Notes: generated from the letters alone by a model not told the origin. A stretch of DNA of 64,000 bases from Paraspadella gotoi (GCA_051294375.1 CM119266.1:9184538-9248537), one strand, 5' to 3'; counted from the stretch's first letter, positions 13,926 to 29,211 are shown. Made by a program: numbers and translations.

Positions 13926-14469
13926 TGAAAAATAAAAGCTCGGTGTTCAGTTCGTTCGGACGGCTTAAATAGAGAACGAAACGGAAGTAGTAAATTATAC
14001 TTTGATAGGGAGGTAGTATAAGTTAATTTAAATTACCAAAAAAAAAAAAATAAAAATTATTGATAATTTCTTTGCGTTTTTATTTAATTTTTTTTGTCAA
14101 GGTGTCAAGCTGAAGAAAATATAATAAAAATATATTTATATATATATATATATAATATATAATTTATATATATAAAAAAATAAAATTCAAAATATTTTTT
14201 TTTCAAAAATAAAATAGTCAATTAAAATAGATATTTTTAAATCGAGGAAAATCGCGACAACGAATGTGAATTTGAGTCACGAAATCTGAGGATTCGCCTT
14301 CGCTCTCTTCGTTGTCGTCGTCGTCGTCATCGTTGTCATTTTCGTCGTCGCCATTGTCGTCGTCTTCGTCGTCGTCGTGACCCAAATGAGAATCGTCGTC
14401 GTCACGAAATGTTCACCAGAGATCACAGCGCAACCGACTTTTTTTCTTCTTCGCTCTCCATTTCCATTT

Positions 14470-14528
<59 letters not shown>

Positions 14529-14577
14529 TCGCCTATGCTGGCCCGTCTGTTGACTCAAGACGGAGTGGAATATTCAC

Positions 14578-14667
<90 letters not shown>

Positions 14668-17320
14668 TACGTACATAGTATATCCTAAGAATTCGAATTT
14701 GAAATCAGTCAAGATTTATACGGCCGGTTTACTTTTTTGAGACCCAAAACTTGAAATACGAACAAAAAGATTTTTCGGTCGCCGGCATTTTTTTTTTTTT
14801 TTTAAATTTGGATTTTGAGTATCGAGTTTTTCGCGCGATTAAATTTATGCTCGTTTGCGAGAGGAAAGGTTGACAACATTGATTTAAGGCAGAACAAGAA
14901 GTTTCGTTGATAAAATATTATAAATCTGATTGACAAAGGGAAAGAAAGAAAAATGATTTTGGATTTTAAAATTATTCGATGCCCGGAAAATATCCTGCCA
15001 TTTGTGTCAAGTTTCCAAGTTGGCGGGAGATCTAGTCAAAATATTTTTTTTTCTTCCGTTCAGCTAAAACAGTTTTTCGTGGAAAATAAAAAAGTGTAGA
15101 AAAGAAAGTCCTACTGCAGACGGTCATAAGTTCAGCACGCTTATAAGCGTTACATTAGGTAGGTAATTCACGACCTGCGGGAAGCGTGAGGACGTGAGGA
15201 CGGCCCTATACCGCTTTGGGGTCCTTGAAAACCCCGAAGCCTGCTTCCAATCCCTGGACCCGTTCTATGGCTGCTAGAGGGGGTTAAAGAAGTTGCGGAT
15301 TGCATTCTTCAGCCCACTTAGTGACTTATTCAAACTACACGTTATAAATTTAAAAAAAAATTAAAGAACTACTAATTACAGCTACTTTTCAATTAAACAA
15401 CTTTTCAGCAAGAAAATACAAGAACTGGAAGACAGAAAATTAATGAAATAGCAACAAGAAGTATTGTCCCTTCATGCTTGAATTTATATTGCGTATTTCT
15501 CTCTCTTGGATAACGTTTTTCATCATTCAGACTTTTGCTATGGTATTATCCAATTTCCAGACATATTTTCTATTCGACCGACTTGAGTTAAAATGGCCGC
15601 CGTCGGCGAGAAAAGCAGCCGACGCCTCATCCTCGAACGGACGTCGGGGGAAGAAGCTTTCGCGTCGGAGGACATGGAAAACTCCAGAGGGCGCTGTTGT
15701 TTGGCATTCAGAGCGACTTGTGTTTGCAGTGCAAATGTTGGACAAGTTGTCGTCTTATACGTCGTCGCCGTCGTCGTCGTAACGAGTAAAACACCGCCGC
15801 TCCCGAAACTCATTTCTGCGCGTGCCACTTGTTTGTTTATTTTCGTCGAGTCAGGAAAGGAGAAAAAGAAAAGCCGACGAGAGAGGTCTCCACCAGCGGT
15901 TTCTGGAAGGAGATGCTTTTAACGAGCTTTGGCCCTTTTGTTTGTCACGATGATGTTTTTTTGCTTTTTAGACAAACAAACATTTGATGAATTAAAGAAC
16001 AAATTCTTTTCAATCTGTAAATCGGCCAATGGAATTCTAGATTTTCTAAATTAGAATCGACAAAAAAGGGGAAAAAAGCGCACTCACGCGGGAAAGAGAG
16101 AATGGGAATGAGAAGATTGAAAGAAAAAAAAAAGGTTCTCTATCTCTGTCGTCGTCTTAATCGTCGTCGTCGTCGTCGTCGGGTGCAAAGACGCGGAATT
16201 TAAAAGGATGAAAAAGATCGAAGTTCCAGACGCCTATTAGCCACCCGGTCGATTTTCGCCGCCTCGCTCTCGGTAAAGGGGAAAAGAGAGAGATATTGTT
16301 TTTCCTTCTTAGCAAGCGCGTCAATTTATACTTTTTAATATTTATATGAAATTGGTACAACCAATATAAAAATTATCCATTCATTTAATAAATAAGCTAT
16401 CTTGCCCCCGACTTTGGACAGGCTTTGGTGGTTAAAGGCCTCCATCACTCTTACAAGATAATGACATTGCAAGGTCCCTGTCTTCTTTTACTTTTTATGG
16501 TCGCGGGTCTCAGCTATTTTCGCTCGGATCATAAAATCAGAGTTGAATGCGCGCGAAAAGGAACTCATTTCTCCTGAGACGAAAATGAAAAAAAAAACGG
16601 AAAAAAAAACGAGAGAAGATATTGGCCGGGATTTTAACAGTTCGGGTCTTTAATCCATTTTTTTTGTAAATTTAAGAAAAAAGGATTTGACGTGAAAACG
16701 ATACCCTTTATAAGAAAATTATATTATTATATTATAATATATATATTATGTCATATTATATTGTAACACGAAGCAGAGCTACCAAACGGTTCTATGGCTA
16801 CCACTACTATATCGTCATTCGAAATTAAATGGAGTCTAATCAGACGCTTTAAATGCCATCACTTATATGACGCTGCCTCAAATGGCATCTCCACAAATGG
16901 CCTTGCCTCAAATGGCATCACCTTAAATAACGCTGGCCTTAAATGGCACCTCCTCAAATGGTATCTCGACAAATGGCATCACCTTAAATGGCGCTGCCTG
17001 AAAAGGCACTCCTCAAATGGCATGACTTAAAAGGCATCTTCCCTCGAATGACAATCGATCAAAGTAAAATCCATTAAAGCCCGCTGAAAGTCATTTTCCC
17101 CGACGCATAAACAAAATCGTCGAGAAAAGATAGAAACTGAAACCAAAGATCTCAAAACCTGAAGCAACGCAGAACGATACATTTCGTTGTTCGTCGTCGT
17201 CGGCGGCGCGGCGGCGGCGGCGGCGGCAGCGTCTCTGTTGTTGAGCGTTAACCTCTGAAGCGAAAGAGTCTAAAAGGTCCGCCATCAATTCAGAGCGCGA
17301 CGTACCCCGGCCAGTGAGAG

Positions 17321-17381
<61 letters not shown>

Positions 17382-18657
17382 ATCGCTAAATCCCTTTTCC
17401 ATTTGGGTGAAAAATGCTCATTGAAAAATGTATTTTTCTAAAAAAACGATGCTTCATGCCAAAGTTTTTTTTTTTAGAGTAAGTTTTCCTCATTCATCGG
17501 TCAACGCTCTCGACTTCTCTCATAATATCGACAATCCAATGAAGTTTAGCTATATTCACTCGCGATCCAAACATCTTATAAAATTATTATTATATTATCA
17601 TTACTCTTTCAATAAATACGCTATCTTGAGCTATCTAGTCTTTGAACACGCTATGGTGGTTTAAGGACTTCATTCCTTTTACAAGATGACAGTAGGACCG
17701 TGAAAACTTAAAATCAAGACTCAGTCTAATTTATTAACTCCCCGACAACCTGATTTCCTTATGAACGAAGTGGTTCAATACTTTTATACACAAACTCTTC
17801 ATGTCTTCATTGTCTACTCAAGCTCGTTCCTACTTTCTCCCTCCGCCCAGTATCGCTTCTTTTCTTTTTTTAAAAGAAAGAAAACCAGAAGCAGACAAGA
17901 AAACCCGAGATTCTCGAAATTCCCGGATGTTGATACTTTTTATATTAAGCGGGAAATCGATCGCGCGAGAGGTTCTTGTCTCTCTGAAATTGAACAGAAG
18001 GAAAGACGCAACACCGACGGAGAAGAAAGAAAGAGGGAGTATGGATCTGTTGCTATATATAGAACATATACGTTTAGATATATTCAATATAAAATAGAAT
18101 GAAAATGTTCTCTAAAGAGGAAAAAGTCTGAGAAAGTTTAAAAAAAATAAAAATGATAAACTAAAATAGACTAAAGAAAACCCCGATACATATATATTGA
18201 AAAACTAACAAGATATTAACTAACGAGAAACATTATCGAGCGTAGGATGATTGAGCGTCATCGGAATTTTTCTTCCCCCCCCCTGAAGCTAAAAAGGTAC
18301 AGGGTTTGTAATTTATCGACTCCATTCCTTGTTTTTATTGATTGTCGATCGATCTTGAAATGACGCTATACAGAGCGAATCAACAATTTCCAGATCGTTC
18401 CTTTATTATAGATTTAATTTTAATTTTAAAATTAAAACTAATCTTAAACCCTAATCCCTTAATCCCTAACGTAATCCTTAACCTTAACTTTCAGCTTAAT
18501 TTTTAACATAAAAAATTTAATTTAAATCAAGATGAAATGGGGCATTCTGGGAAAATAAGGCCGAGAGATAGATATATATATATAATTATATATAGAGAGA
18601 GATATAGAGAGAAATATAGAGAGTTATGGAGAGATTAGAGAGAGATAGAAGAGAGAG

Positions 18658-18712
<55 letters not shown>

Positions 18713-18771
18713 AAACAAGAAAGATAACTTGACACATAATGATAACTATTAACTAATATAATAATACTAAC

Positions 18772-18838
18772 ATGACACGTACTCCTGAATCTGTGCGAAT
18801 TCCTGTGGAGAGAGCTTGGCCCAGAGTAGGTCGGACAT
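18772..18838 (-). CDS. DGK: Second copy of DGK coding exon 1 within the tandem duplication
   Basis: Same 67-nt coding sequence; donor is GTTAGT rather than GTAAGT. Confidence 0.6.
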
Positions 18839-19843
18839 GTTGCGAGGCGAGTTGTGCTTGTATCCGTTTTAAGTGAGCGGTTTTTTAGTCGTTTTGTTTA
18901 TGTTTTGTTTATCTCCTCTCAATGTTTTGGATTTTTTCTGGGATCGGCGAAAACGAGACTATTTTCATGTTGCATCCTCGAGCCAAAATCTCGGGAGTGT
19001 TTTACCGCTCAATTTTTTCAAAATCATTTTTATGTTTTTTGTTTTTGTTTAGTTAGTTTTTCTTTTTTTTTTTAGTTTTGTTTGAATCGACGTTTTTCTT
19101 TAATGTTTATTTTTGTTTTTATTTTGTTTATATCGAGCGCATGCGCGAGAACGTGTTACTTCGGAGGCACGTGAATGGAAAGGATTCTCCCTCTAATTCC
19201 AAACATAATTTGTTATCTTTTTTTTAAAAATTTATTTTTTTTTGTTCGAAATCTATTTTAATCGAACAGTTAGGTTGTTCTTTCCTCCGCAGGGGGAGAA
19301 AGAAAGTTGCGTTTCGTTGCAGAGAATACAAAACAAAACACGAAACAAAAACAAGTTGGTACAAGAGAATAAAAAAAAAAAACCGAGATTCCGGCATGTA
19401 TGTAAAAGATTTTTGAAACGACGAAGATGAGGAAATCGAGAAAAGAAGACGAAAGAGAGAGAGATGGATGGAGAGAGGGAGAGAGAGTGAGATAGAGAGA
19501 GAGAGGGGAAGGGAAAGAAACTGGGATTGAAAAAGGAAGCGTAGGAGGAGGAGGAGGAGGAAGAAGAGGAGGAGGATGAGCGTTCGGAGGAAAGGAAAAA
19601 GAAATGAAGGAGGAGGAAGAGGAGGAGGAGGAGGAGGATACGAACGATACAACGAGAATGAAATGGAATTTGGCGAAAATCCATGAACGAGTAGCAGAAT
19701 GACACTAACTCGATCGGCGGCGAAAATGGGAAAATATGATTTCGTTTTAGGGAAGATAGAAAAGAGTGAAGGGAAGAAAGAGAGAGAAGGTATTAAGAAA
19801 CTTTTAAAAAGAAAGAGGGAAAAGAGAGAGAGACAGAGAGAGA

Positions 19844-19928
<85 letters not shown>

Positions 19929-21079
19929 GAGATAAAAGAAAAGATATAGAGAGGAAGAGACTGACTTTTGAAACAAGGAAGCGGATTAATTTTGCGCACG
20001 GCGAGTCGATGTCGAGAGCAATAGCGAGACGGAGACGAAGAAAGCGAAAGAGCGAAAGAGAGAGAGCGAGAAGGTGCCATTTCCGAAAAAGCGTGGGTTG
20101 TGGATATAAGCGAAAGAGCAGAGGCGACGGGAGACGAGGAGAACGCAGCGACGAGTCTTGAACCGGAAGCAGTTTCGATGCTCTGTTTTGGTATTCGTAG
20201 AATTCATATGATTAAATATAAATAAATAATAATAAAGATATATACAAAATTTATAATAAAAAGTGCTCTTTTGTTCTACTGTTAACACTAGCGCCAGAGA
20301 TGGCAGCACCAGTTCCCGACCAAAGAAGCGAGAAAAACTTGATTCCGATGATCAAAATGAGTGGAACTTTTCAATTCATATTGAGCTAAGGGCCAAATTC
20401 AGGGCTAAAGATTAAGCCCTGGGCTTAGGCTAAAGTCCGGGGTTGAGGGCTCGAGCCCGTATTCGACATTTAATGTTAGTGAAATAATAACGACCGAGTT
20501 GGAAAACGTAATTCACAAAATCTCACAGATAATCCAAAGAGCAAATAAATTCGCCGGCTTTTAAATAATCTGGCGAAAAAAATATTCACGCGACGAAAAG
20601 CGAAAGTCGGACGTCAGCCAGAAAAAATTAAAAAAGAAAGAAAAAAGAAAGAAAAAAAAAATTAGTCGTTTATTTACGATTTTGTTTTCAACGAATCGAG
20701 AGAGACTTAAAAAAAAGTTCGTTCTGAGTTTTAGTGTGAGAAAAAAAAAAGGTTCCACGTTTCAATGTTTATCTTCGTCGAATCGCGAGTTCGGAAGTTT
20801 GGTCCGGGGGTCTCTGCACCCAGGGGTCTCTGCACCCAGGGTCTCTGGACCAGGGTCTCTGCACCCAGGGGTTGAAAAATAAAAGCTCGGTGTTCAGTTC
20901 GTTCGGACGGCTTAAATAGAGAACGAAACGGAAGTAGTAAATTATACTTTGATAGGGAGGTAGTATAAGTTAATTTATTTACCAAAAAAAAAAAAATTAA
21001 AAAATTATTGATAATTTCTTTGCGTTTTTATTTAATTTTTTTTGTCAAGGTGTCAAGCTGAAGAAAATATATAAAAATA

Positions 21080-21123
<44 letters not shown>

Positions 21124-21491
21124 AAAATTCAAATATTTTTTTTTCAAAAATAAAATAGTCAATTAAAATAGATATTTTTAAATCGAGGAAAATCGCGACA
21201 ACGAATGTGAATTTGAGTCACGAAATCTGAGGATTCGCCTTCGCTCTCTTCGTTGTCGTCGTCGTCGTCATCGTTGTCATTTTCGTCGTCGCCATTGTCG
21301 TCGTCTTCGTCGTCGTCGTGACCCAAATGAGAATCGTCGTCGTCACGAAATGTTCACCAGAGATCACAGCGCAACCGACTTTTTTTCTTCTTCGCTCTCC
21401 ATTTCCATTTCGGAGAGAGAGAGAGAGAGAGAGAGAGAAGGATCGCCTATGCTGGCCCGTCTGTTGACTCAAGACGGAGTGGAATATTCAC

Positions 21492-21584
<93 letters not shown>

Positions 21585-23271
21585 TACGTACATAGTGTAT
21601 CCTAAGAATTCGAATTTGAAATCAGTCAAGATTTATACGGCCGGTTACTTTTTTGAGACCCAAAACTTGAAATACGAACAAAAAGATTTTTCGGTCGCCG
21701 GCATTTTTTTTTTTAATTTGGATTTGAGTATCGAGTTTTTCGCGCGATAAATTTATGCTCGTTTGCGAGAGGAAAGGTTGACAACATTGATTTAAGGCAG
21801 AACAAGAAGTTTCGTAGATAAAATATTTATAAATCTGATTGACAAAGGGAAAGAAAAAAAAGATTTTGGATTTTAAAATTATTCGATGCCGGAAAATATC
21901 CTGCCATTTGTGTCAAGTTTCCAAGTTGGCGGGAGATCTAGTCAAAATATTTTTTTTTTCCGTTCAGCTAAAACAGTTTTTCGTGGAAAATAAAAAGTGT
22001 AGAAAAGAAAGTCCTACTGCGACGGTCATAAGTTCAGCACGCTTAAAGCGTTACATTAGGTAGGTAATTCACGACCTGCGGGAAGCGTGAGGACGTGAGG
22101 ACGGCCCTATACCGCTTGGGGGTCCTTGAAAACCCCGAAGCCTGCTTCCAATCCCTGGCCCGTTCCATGGCTGCTAGAGGGGGTTAAAGAAGTTGCGGAT
22201 TGCATTCTTCAGCCCACTTAGTGACTTATTCAAACTACACGTTATAAATTTAAAAAAAAAATTAAAGAACTACTAATTACAGCTACTTTTCAATTAAACA
22301 ACTTTTCAGCAAGAAAATACAAGAACTGGAAGACAGAAAATTAATGAAATAGCAACAAGAAGTATTGTCCCTTCATGCTTGAATTTATATTGCGTATTTC
22401 TCTCTCTTGGATAACGTTTTTCATCATTCAGACTTTTGCTATGGTATTATCCAATTTCCAGACATATTTTCTATTCGACCGACTTGAGTTAAAATGGCCG
22501 CCGTCGGCGAGAAAAGCAGCCGACGCCTCATCCTCGAACGGACGTCGGGGGAAGAAGCTTTCGCGTCGGAGGACATGGAAAACTCCAGAGGGCGCTGTTG
22601 TTTGGCATTCAGAGCGACTTGTGTTTGCAGTGCAAATGTTGGACAAGTTGTCGTCTTATACGTCGTCGCCGTCGTCGTCGTAACGAGTAAAACACCGCCG
22701 CTCCCGAAACTCATTTCTGCGCGTGCCACTTGTTTGTTTATTTTCGTCGAGTCAGGAAAGGAGAAAAAGAAAAGCCGACGAGAGAGGTCTCCACCAGCGG
22801 TTTCTGGAAGGAGATGCTTTTAACGAGCTTTGGCCCTTTTGTTTGTCACGATGATGTTTTTTTGCTTTTTAGACAAACAAACATTTGATGAATTAAAGAA
22901 CAAATTCTTTTCAATCTGTAAATCGGCCAATGGAATTCTAGATTTTCTAAATTAGAATCGACAAAAAAGGGGAAAAAAGCGCACTCACGCGGGAAAGAGA
23001 GAATGGGAATGAGAAGATTGAAAGAAAAAAAAAAGGTTCTCTATCTCTGTCGTCGTCTTAATCGTCGTCGTCGTCGTCGTCGCGGTGCAAAGACGCGGAA
23101 TTTAAAAGGATGAAAAAGATCGAAGTTCCAGACGCCTATTAGCCACCCGGTCGATTTTCGCCGCCTCGCTCTCGGTAAAGGGGAAAAGAGGGAAGGAAGA
23201 AAGGAAGAATAANNNNNNNNNNNNNNNNNNNNNNNNNAGGGGAAAAGAGGGAAGGAGAAAGGAAGAATAAA

Positions 23272-23367
23272 GAAAAGAGGAGAAAAATAACGAATATAAT
23301 CAGAAACGGTTTTGACGCTGACTGTCAGACGTAATTGCGTTAAATCGCGATTAATCGAGTGCGAAAA

Positions 23368-23451
<84 letters not shown>

Positions 23452-26400
23452 TCCCCTTTAGTTGGCGAGCGCCGGCGCCCGTTAGGTCGTGTTGCAATTT
23501 ATTATTGGCTCTTGCAACGATTTGCTGGCTCGTGCTGCAAAATGGAATTTCTTCAATAATTACTCGTCTTATGCCGATTAAGGAATCATTGCTTGTTGCT
23601 TTACTCTTTTTGCTTGCTTGCTTGCTCTACTTTTCTTGCTGACTTGCATTCTCTCTTTTCTTTCCAAGGTACTTCATTATCTGAATTGTATTTCCTTGGC
23701 TCGTGCGACGCAATTCATTGGCATATTGCTCAGTAATCGAAAGGAGGGAAAGCAGGTGGGCGTCGACTGACGAAACGACGCCTGATAGAAAGAAACGGCG
23801 CCTGTCACCTGACGCTGCGTCGTTAGTGTAGAAAATTATTTTTTAACGAGACGCGACGGTTGGCGTTACTTCGGGCGGCGCCAAAAAAAACAACAAAATA
23901 TGAGTGTTTCACTTATACGTTCGGCGCTATTGGCGTGCGCCGCTGTCGTACATTGTGGAAGGCGTGCGGCGCGGTCGTGCTGTGTTCGGGGCGTGCGGCG
24001 TGCTGTCGAATAGCGAAGAATGATCCACTCCGGCACAACGATGTAACGATCGGGGGGGGGGATAAATCCAAGGTTCGATGTCGAAAGCCGGACATTATAA
24101 CCACGGGGCCAGCGTGGAGGACAGGACTGTAACCTCTGTCTGACATTGTCCAAAGTCCACGCTGTCGTATACGGCGGCTCATATTCAAATCGAGAGTCAT
24201 GGCTATGGAAGTGTGGAAGTATGGAAGTCTCTCGTCAGTCAATCCATATTTTAATATCGCGACCGGTTCTGTATTCTTAAGTTAAGAGACAGAATTAATT
24301 GTTACGAGTTAGCGACAAAGCAATTCAATTTTAAGCAGTCCCCGAACTTCGGATAAAGTTGTAAATCCGTGATACAGGCAGGATTAATGCCACGTGTGAA
24401 ATATTCTGCCTCGTTTTGTACCTACTATCAGGGGTTTCACTTGACCTTGTCTGATTTCAGCCGTTTTGGCCCAATTTTCGCGGGCTTTTATCGAATTAAG
24501 AGAGATATTTGTAATCGTTTTTTAGTTTCTCTTGAAAGACTCATAAACTCACGTTTGTCTGTGACCGAAACTCCGCACGGTTTCCTTTTTACATCGATTT
24601 AATCGGCATGGAGTGCACCAAGAATGAGATGTCCCGGGATTACGTTTCCGGACCTTTGGGCTACACAAAAAAAGGGTAAACAAATTTTTTCCTAATGACA
24701 GTTTTTTATAAATTAATATTAAAATTAGCTATATAAAATCAATAAAGTAGAATAAAAAAAAATTAAAAAAATGGTTTAAATTTTTTTAAAAAATGAAAAT
24801 ATCATGCATCATCCATATCTATGAACAATTTTCTTTCGTTTGAGTCCATAACCATTAATTCTATCTTTAATAGTTTAATTTGTAATTAATTTTTCTTTAT
24901 TAAAATATTATTTTAATTTTTTTTCAAATAATTTAAATTAAAAAAATTATAACTATGCCAAATGATTGAAGAAAATTTTATATTATAAGGGACTTTACCT
25001 ACCTATATAGGCCTTCAAATACATATATAGTAAGTTTATTATGATGATGTTTTGACATAGAAAATAAATAATTTATAAAATTAAATATATGAAAAAATTT
25101 TAACTTTGAATTTTTTTTTAAGCATAATAAACATAATTATTAATTAATTGTTCATGATGCTTTTTAATAGCTACTGGTCAGTTGTATCATTCTCAATTAT
25201 AATAATTTTATAACTTCTTTTATTCTTAATAATACTGACTGCTATATTTACTTACTTTTGACAAAATCCAAAAATTACTGATATTAAAAATTATGTATGA
25301 AACAGACAAAAACTTTTTTTAAAATCACATGCTATTTAATTGTTTGAACTGATATAATATTATCCTTGGACAAAATTCAAAAAGTTTTAAACAATCCCAA
25401 CTAGACATTTTAAGGTTGTCAAATGTATAAATAATTGATATTCGGACTGCTTTGTAGGTTTTAACTTAATTCAGTAGCCTCTTTTAATATGACAGAAAAG
25501 CAGTTATATTTAACAGTTTTTTTATTTGGAGTGGGCATCAAAGTTCTAAATACATATAACGTCAGTATATTTGTTAAGTATAGTAGATTCCTCTATAGAT
25601 TTTTTAATTTTGAAAACATTTTACTTTTTTTTTCTATAATTTTTTTGACACGCAAAACGTTTCTTTGATTACGCTAAAGAGAATGTAAAAAATTAAAAAT
25701 AAATAGTACCAATAGTTAGAATTATGTCTAGAATAGATGAAAAAAAACCTTGTTTAAAAATTTGATTGGGAAGTGGGGTAACTAAGGCTTACCAACGGTA
25801 TCCTCCATGCTGTTCGTTCTCTCAATTATTTTTTAATTTAATACATTTGAAAGGGAAAAAAAGAAAATTCAGAATGCAGGGGCATAAAGGTAGAGAAAAT
25901 CTGTACATAGTGACATGATAATAATGACCTTTTATGTCTTGCGTAATGGGGGCAGTAAAGAAACCTTAAAAAATGCAATCATTAAGTCAGTCAATGAACC
26001 CTTTTTGCGAATTTTTTTTTCTTAATTAAAATGGATGATAAATAATAGAATTAAATTCCCTTTATAAAGGTTGTTATATTTAAAAGAAAATTAGCAATAC
26101 AATCAACACAATGATGTCTTGGCTTTGTCAAATATGTCAGCAGTTAAGTAATTTTTTAAAATTTTATTACGATAAACAAGCAGTATATCAAGCTTTTGCT
26201 TTGCAGTTGAAGATAATGAAAATGATTATTTTTTTTCACAGACAAGAAGGTAGACGTCCAGACTGTTTATATCAAGCTGAAAAATTTTATTATTTATCAT
26301 TTTTCATATTTAAAAAAACATTTTATCAAGCTACTACAAATTTTTTGCTTGTTTTTTTATTTTAAACTAAAAATACAAGCAAATTTATAAAGTTGAGAAA

Positions 26401-27189
26401 ATTTAATGATAATTAAAAATGTAATTCAGACTTTCCTCTTTCAATGTACAAAAGAAAAACAAAAAATTTCATATGCCTTCATTGAAATTTGTAATGCAAA
26501 AAACTGTTATACTTTTAACTCGTATTTAAATAAAAACTGTGTAAGATTTATGGATAAAATTTAATAAAACTGTTCTAGAAATGTGTCCCATGATTAGGGC
26601 TTTAATTTGATACCACACCCACCTTGCTCCCTCTTTTTTTTTCAAAAGATATTCAAGACAATAACTTTTTTTTATTACTTTTTTGCATCTTGCAGTTTTT
26701 TTTAAACAACCTAATTTTGGCCTTAAAAATGTCGAGTTGGGATTGTTTAAAACTTTTTAAATTTTGGTCCAAGGATAATATAATATCACTCCAAAAAATT
26801 AAATAGCATCTGATTTAAAAAAAAGTTTTTGTCTGTTTCATACATAATTTTTAATATCAGTAATTTTTGGATTTTGTCAAAAGTAAGTAAATATAGCAGT
26901 CAGTATTACTAAAAATAAAAGAAGTTATCAAATTATTATAATTGAAAAGGATACAACTGACCAGTAGCTATTAAAAGCATCATGAACAAATAATTAAAAA
27001 TTATGTTTATTATGCTAAAAAAAAATTCAAAGTTATCAATTTTTTCAATATATTTAATTATTTAAATTATTTATTTTCTATATCAAAACATAAGAAAAGA
27101 GGAGAAAAATAACGAATATAATCAGAAACGGTTTTGACGCTGACTGTCAGACGTAATTGCGTTAAATCGCGATTAATCGAGTGCGAAAA

Positions 27190-27286
<97 letters not shown>

Positions 27287-28062
27287 TCCCCTTTAGTTGG
27301 CGAGCGCCGGCGCCCGTTAGGTCGTGTTTGCGATTTATTATTGGCTCTTGCAACGATTTGCTGGCTCGTGCTGCAAAATGGAATTTCTTCAATAATTACT
27401 CGTCTTATGCCGATTAAGGAATCATTGCTTGCTTGCTTTACTCTTTTTGCTTGCTTGCTTGCTCTACTTTTCTTGCTGACTTGCATTCTCTCTTTTTCTT
27501 TCCAAGGTACTTCATTATCTGAATTGTATTTCCTTGGCTCGTGCGACGCAATTCATTGGCATATTGCTCAGTAATCGAAAGGAGGGAAAGCAGGTGGGCG
27601 TCGACTGACGAAACGACGCCTGATAGAAAGAAACGGCGCCTGTCACCTGACGCTGCGTCGTTAGTGTAGAAAATTATTTTTTAACGAGACGCGACGGTTG
27701 GCGTTACTTCGGGCGGCGCCAAAAAAAACAACAAAATATGAGTGTTTCACTTATACGTTCGGCGCTATTGGCGTGCGCCGCTGTCGTACATTGTGGAAGG
27801 CGTGCGGCGCGGTCGTGCTGTGTTCGGGGCGTGCGGCGTGCTGTCGAATAGCGAAGANNNNNNNNNNCCAAGGTTCGATGTCGAAAGCCGGACATTATAA
27901 CCACGGGGCCAGCGTGGAGGACAGGACTGTAACCTCTGTCTGACATTGTCCAAAGTCCACGCTGTCGTATACGGCGGCTCATATTCAAATCGAGAGTCAT
28001 GGCTATGGAAGTGTGGAAGTATGGAAGTCTCTCGTCAGTCAATCCATATTTTAATATCGCGA
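23272..28062. repeat. ~1 kb direct repeat (23272-24262 and 27093-28062) bracketing a 2.8 kb AT-rich segment
   Basis: Near-identical copies including an AG microsatellite and a GC-rich block; both copies touch or contain N gaps. Confidence 0.9.
25048..27091. mobile_element. Foldback/long-TIR non-autonomous DNA element remnant
   Basis: ~370-bp imperfect inverted repeats at ~25048-25415 and ~26721-27091. No ORF; the right arm is cut by the 1 kb duplication. Confidence 0.65.
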
Positions 28063-28210
28063 TCGAAAAAAGAAAAAAAATTATTAAATTTTTGTCGCTT
28101 GACTTAGGATTTTGAATAGGAAAAAAAATATCTTAAAAAAAGTTGAAATTTTTTTTAAAAAAAGGACGATTTGGGTAAAATTTATCTAAGCCCCTCAGAA
28201 TTGCGATAGT

Positions 28211-28350
<140 letters not shown>

Positions 28351-28687
28351 TGTGACTAATTTTACCAGAGATAAACAAACACAAGACCCGAAATTCGAGT
28401 TACGAAAACTATAGGACTAAATGATTCGAAGAAAAACCAAAAAAAAACAAAACAAAACAAAAAACAGAAAAACAAATAGTAGTAAGCGGGAACTTTAGGA
28501 AGAAGCCAACTTTTTTGTTTCTTTTTTTTTAAACGAAATGGGAAAAAAAAGAAAGAAAACGAGATATAAACAAGAAAATTGTTTCGAGTCGTCATTTTAT
28601 AGTCGGGAGGGCAGAAGAGCTGTCCAAGGATTCAATGTCAACCAATTAAGATCGAAAGATCGAAATGAAAAGTAGAGACAGCCTTCG

Positions 28688-28760
<73 letters not shown>

Positions 28761-28838
28761 CTATCTCTAAGATAATACAAATATTAAAAGAGATACGTAG
28801 AGCTTTAGAGAGAAAGAGAGAGAGAGAGAGAGAGAGGG

Positions 28839-28881
<43 letters not shown>

Positions 28882-29158
28882 AAACTTTTCAACAAAAAAA
28901 ATGACAGGGAAAATTTTCAGATTCTGATTTTTTTTTTTATCTCGAGAACCTTAGAGCCTTAACTTAAGTGGAGAAATGGAGTGAAAGGGATTGAGAGTGA
29001 ATATTGAGCTGGAGCGAGGGAGATCTGGAGCGACGGAACTTGAGGGTGACGGTGTGACTTAGGAAGAAAGAGGGCGTGCGAGAGAGGCGTGGCTGAGAAG
29101 AGATCATGGGAAAGAGACTCTGAATGGTTGGGCCAAGATGGGGCTGGGTAGAAGATAG

Positions 29159-29211
<53 letters not shown>

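Larger units (their letters stand above)
9355..23190. repeat. ~6.9 kb direct tandem duplication (copy 1 ~9355-16290, copy 2 ~16305-23190) including DGK exon 1
   Basis: Near-identical sequence and ORF track in both halves. Junction near 16290-16310; copy 2 ends next to a gap. Confidence 0.95.
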
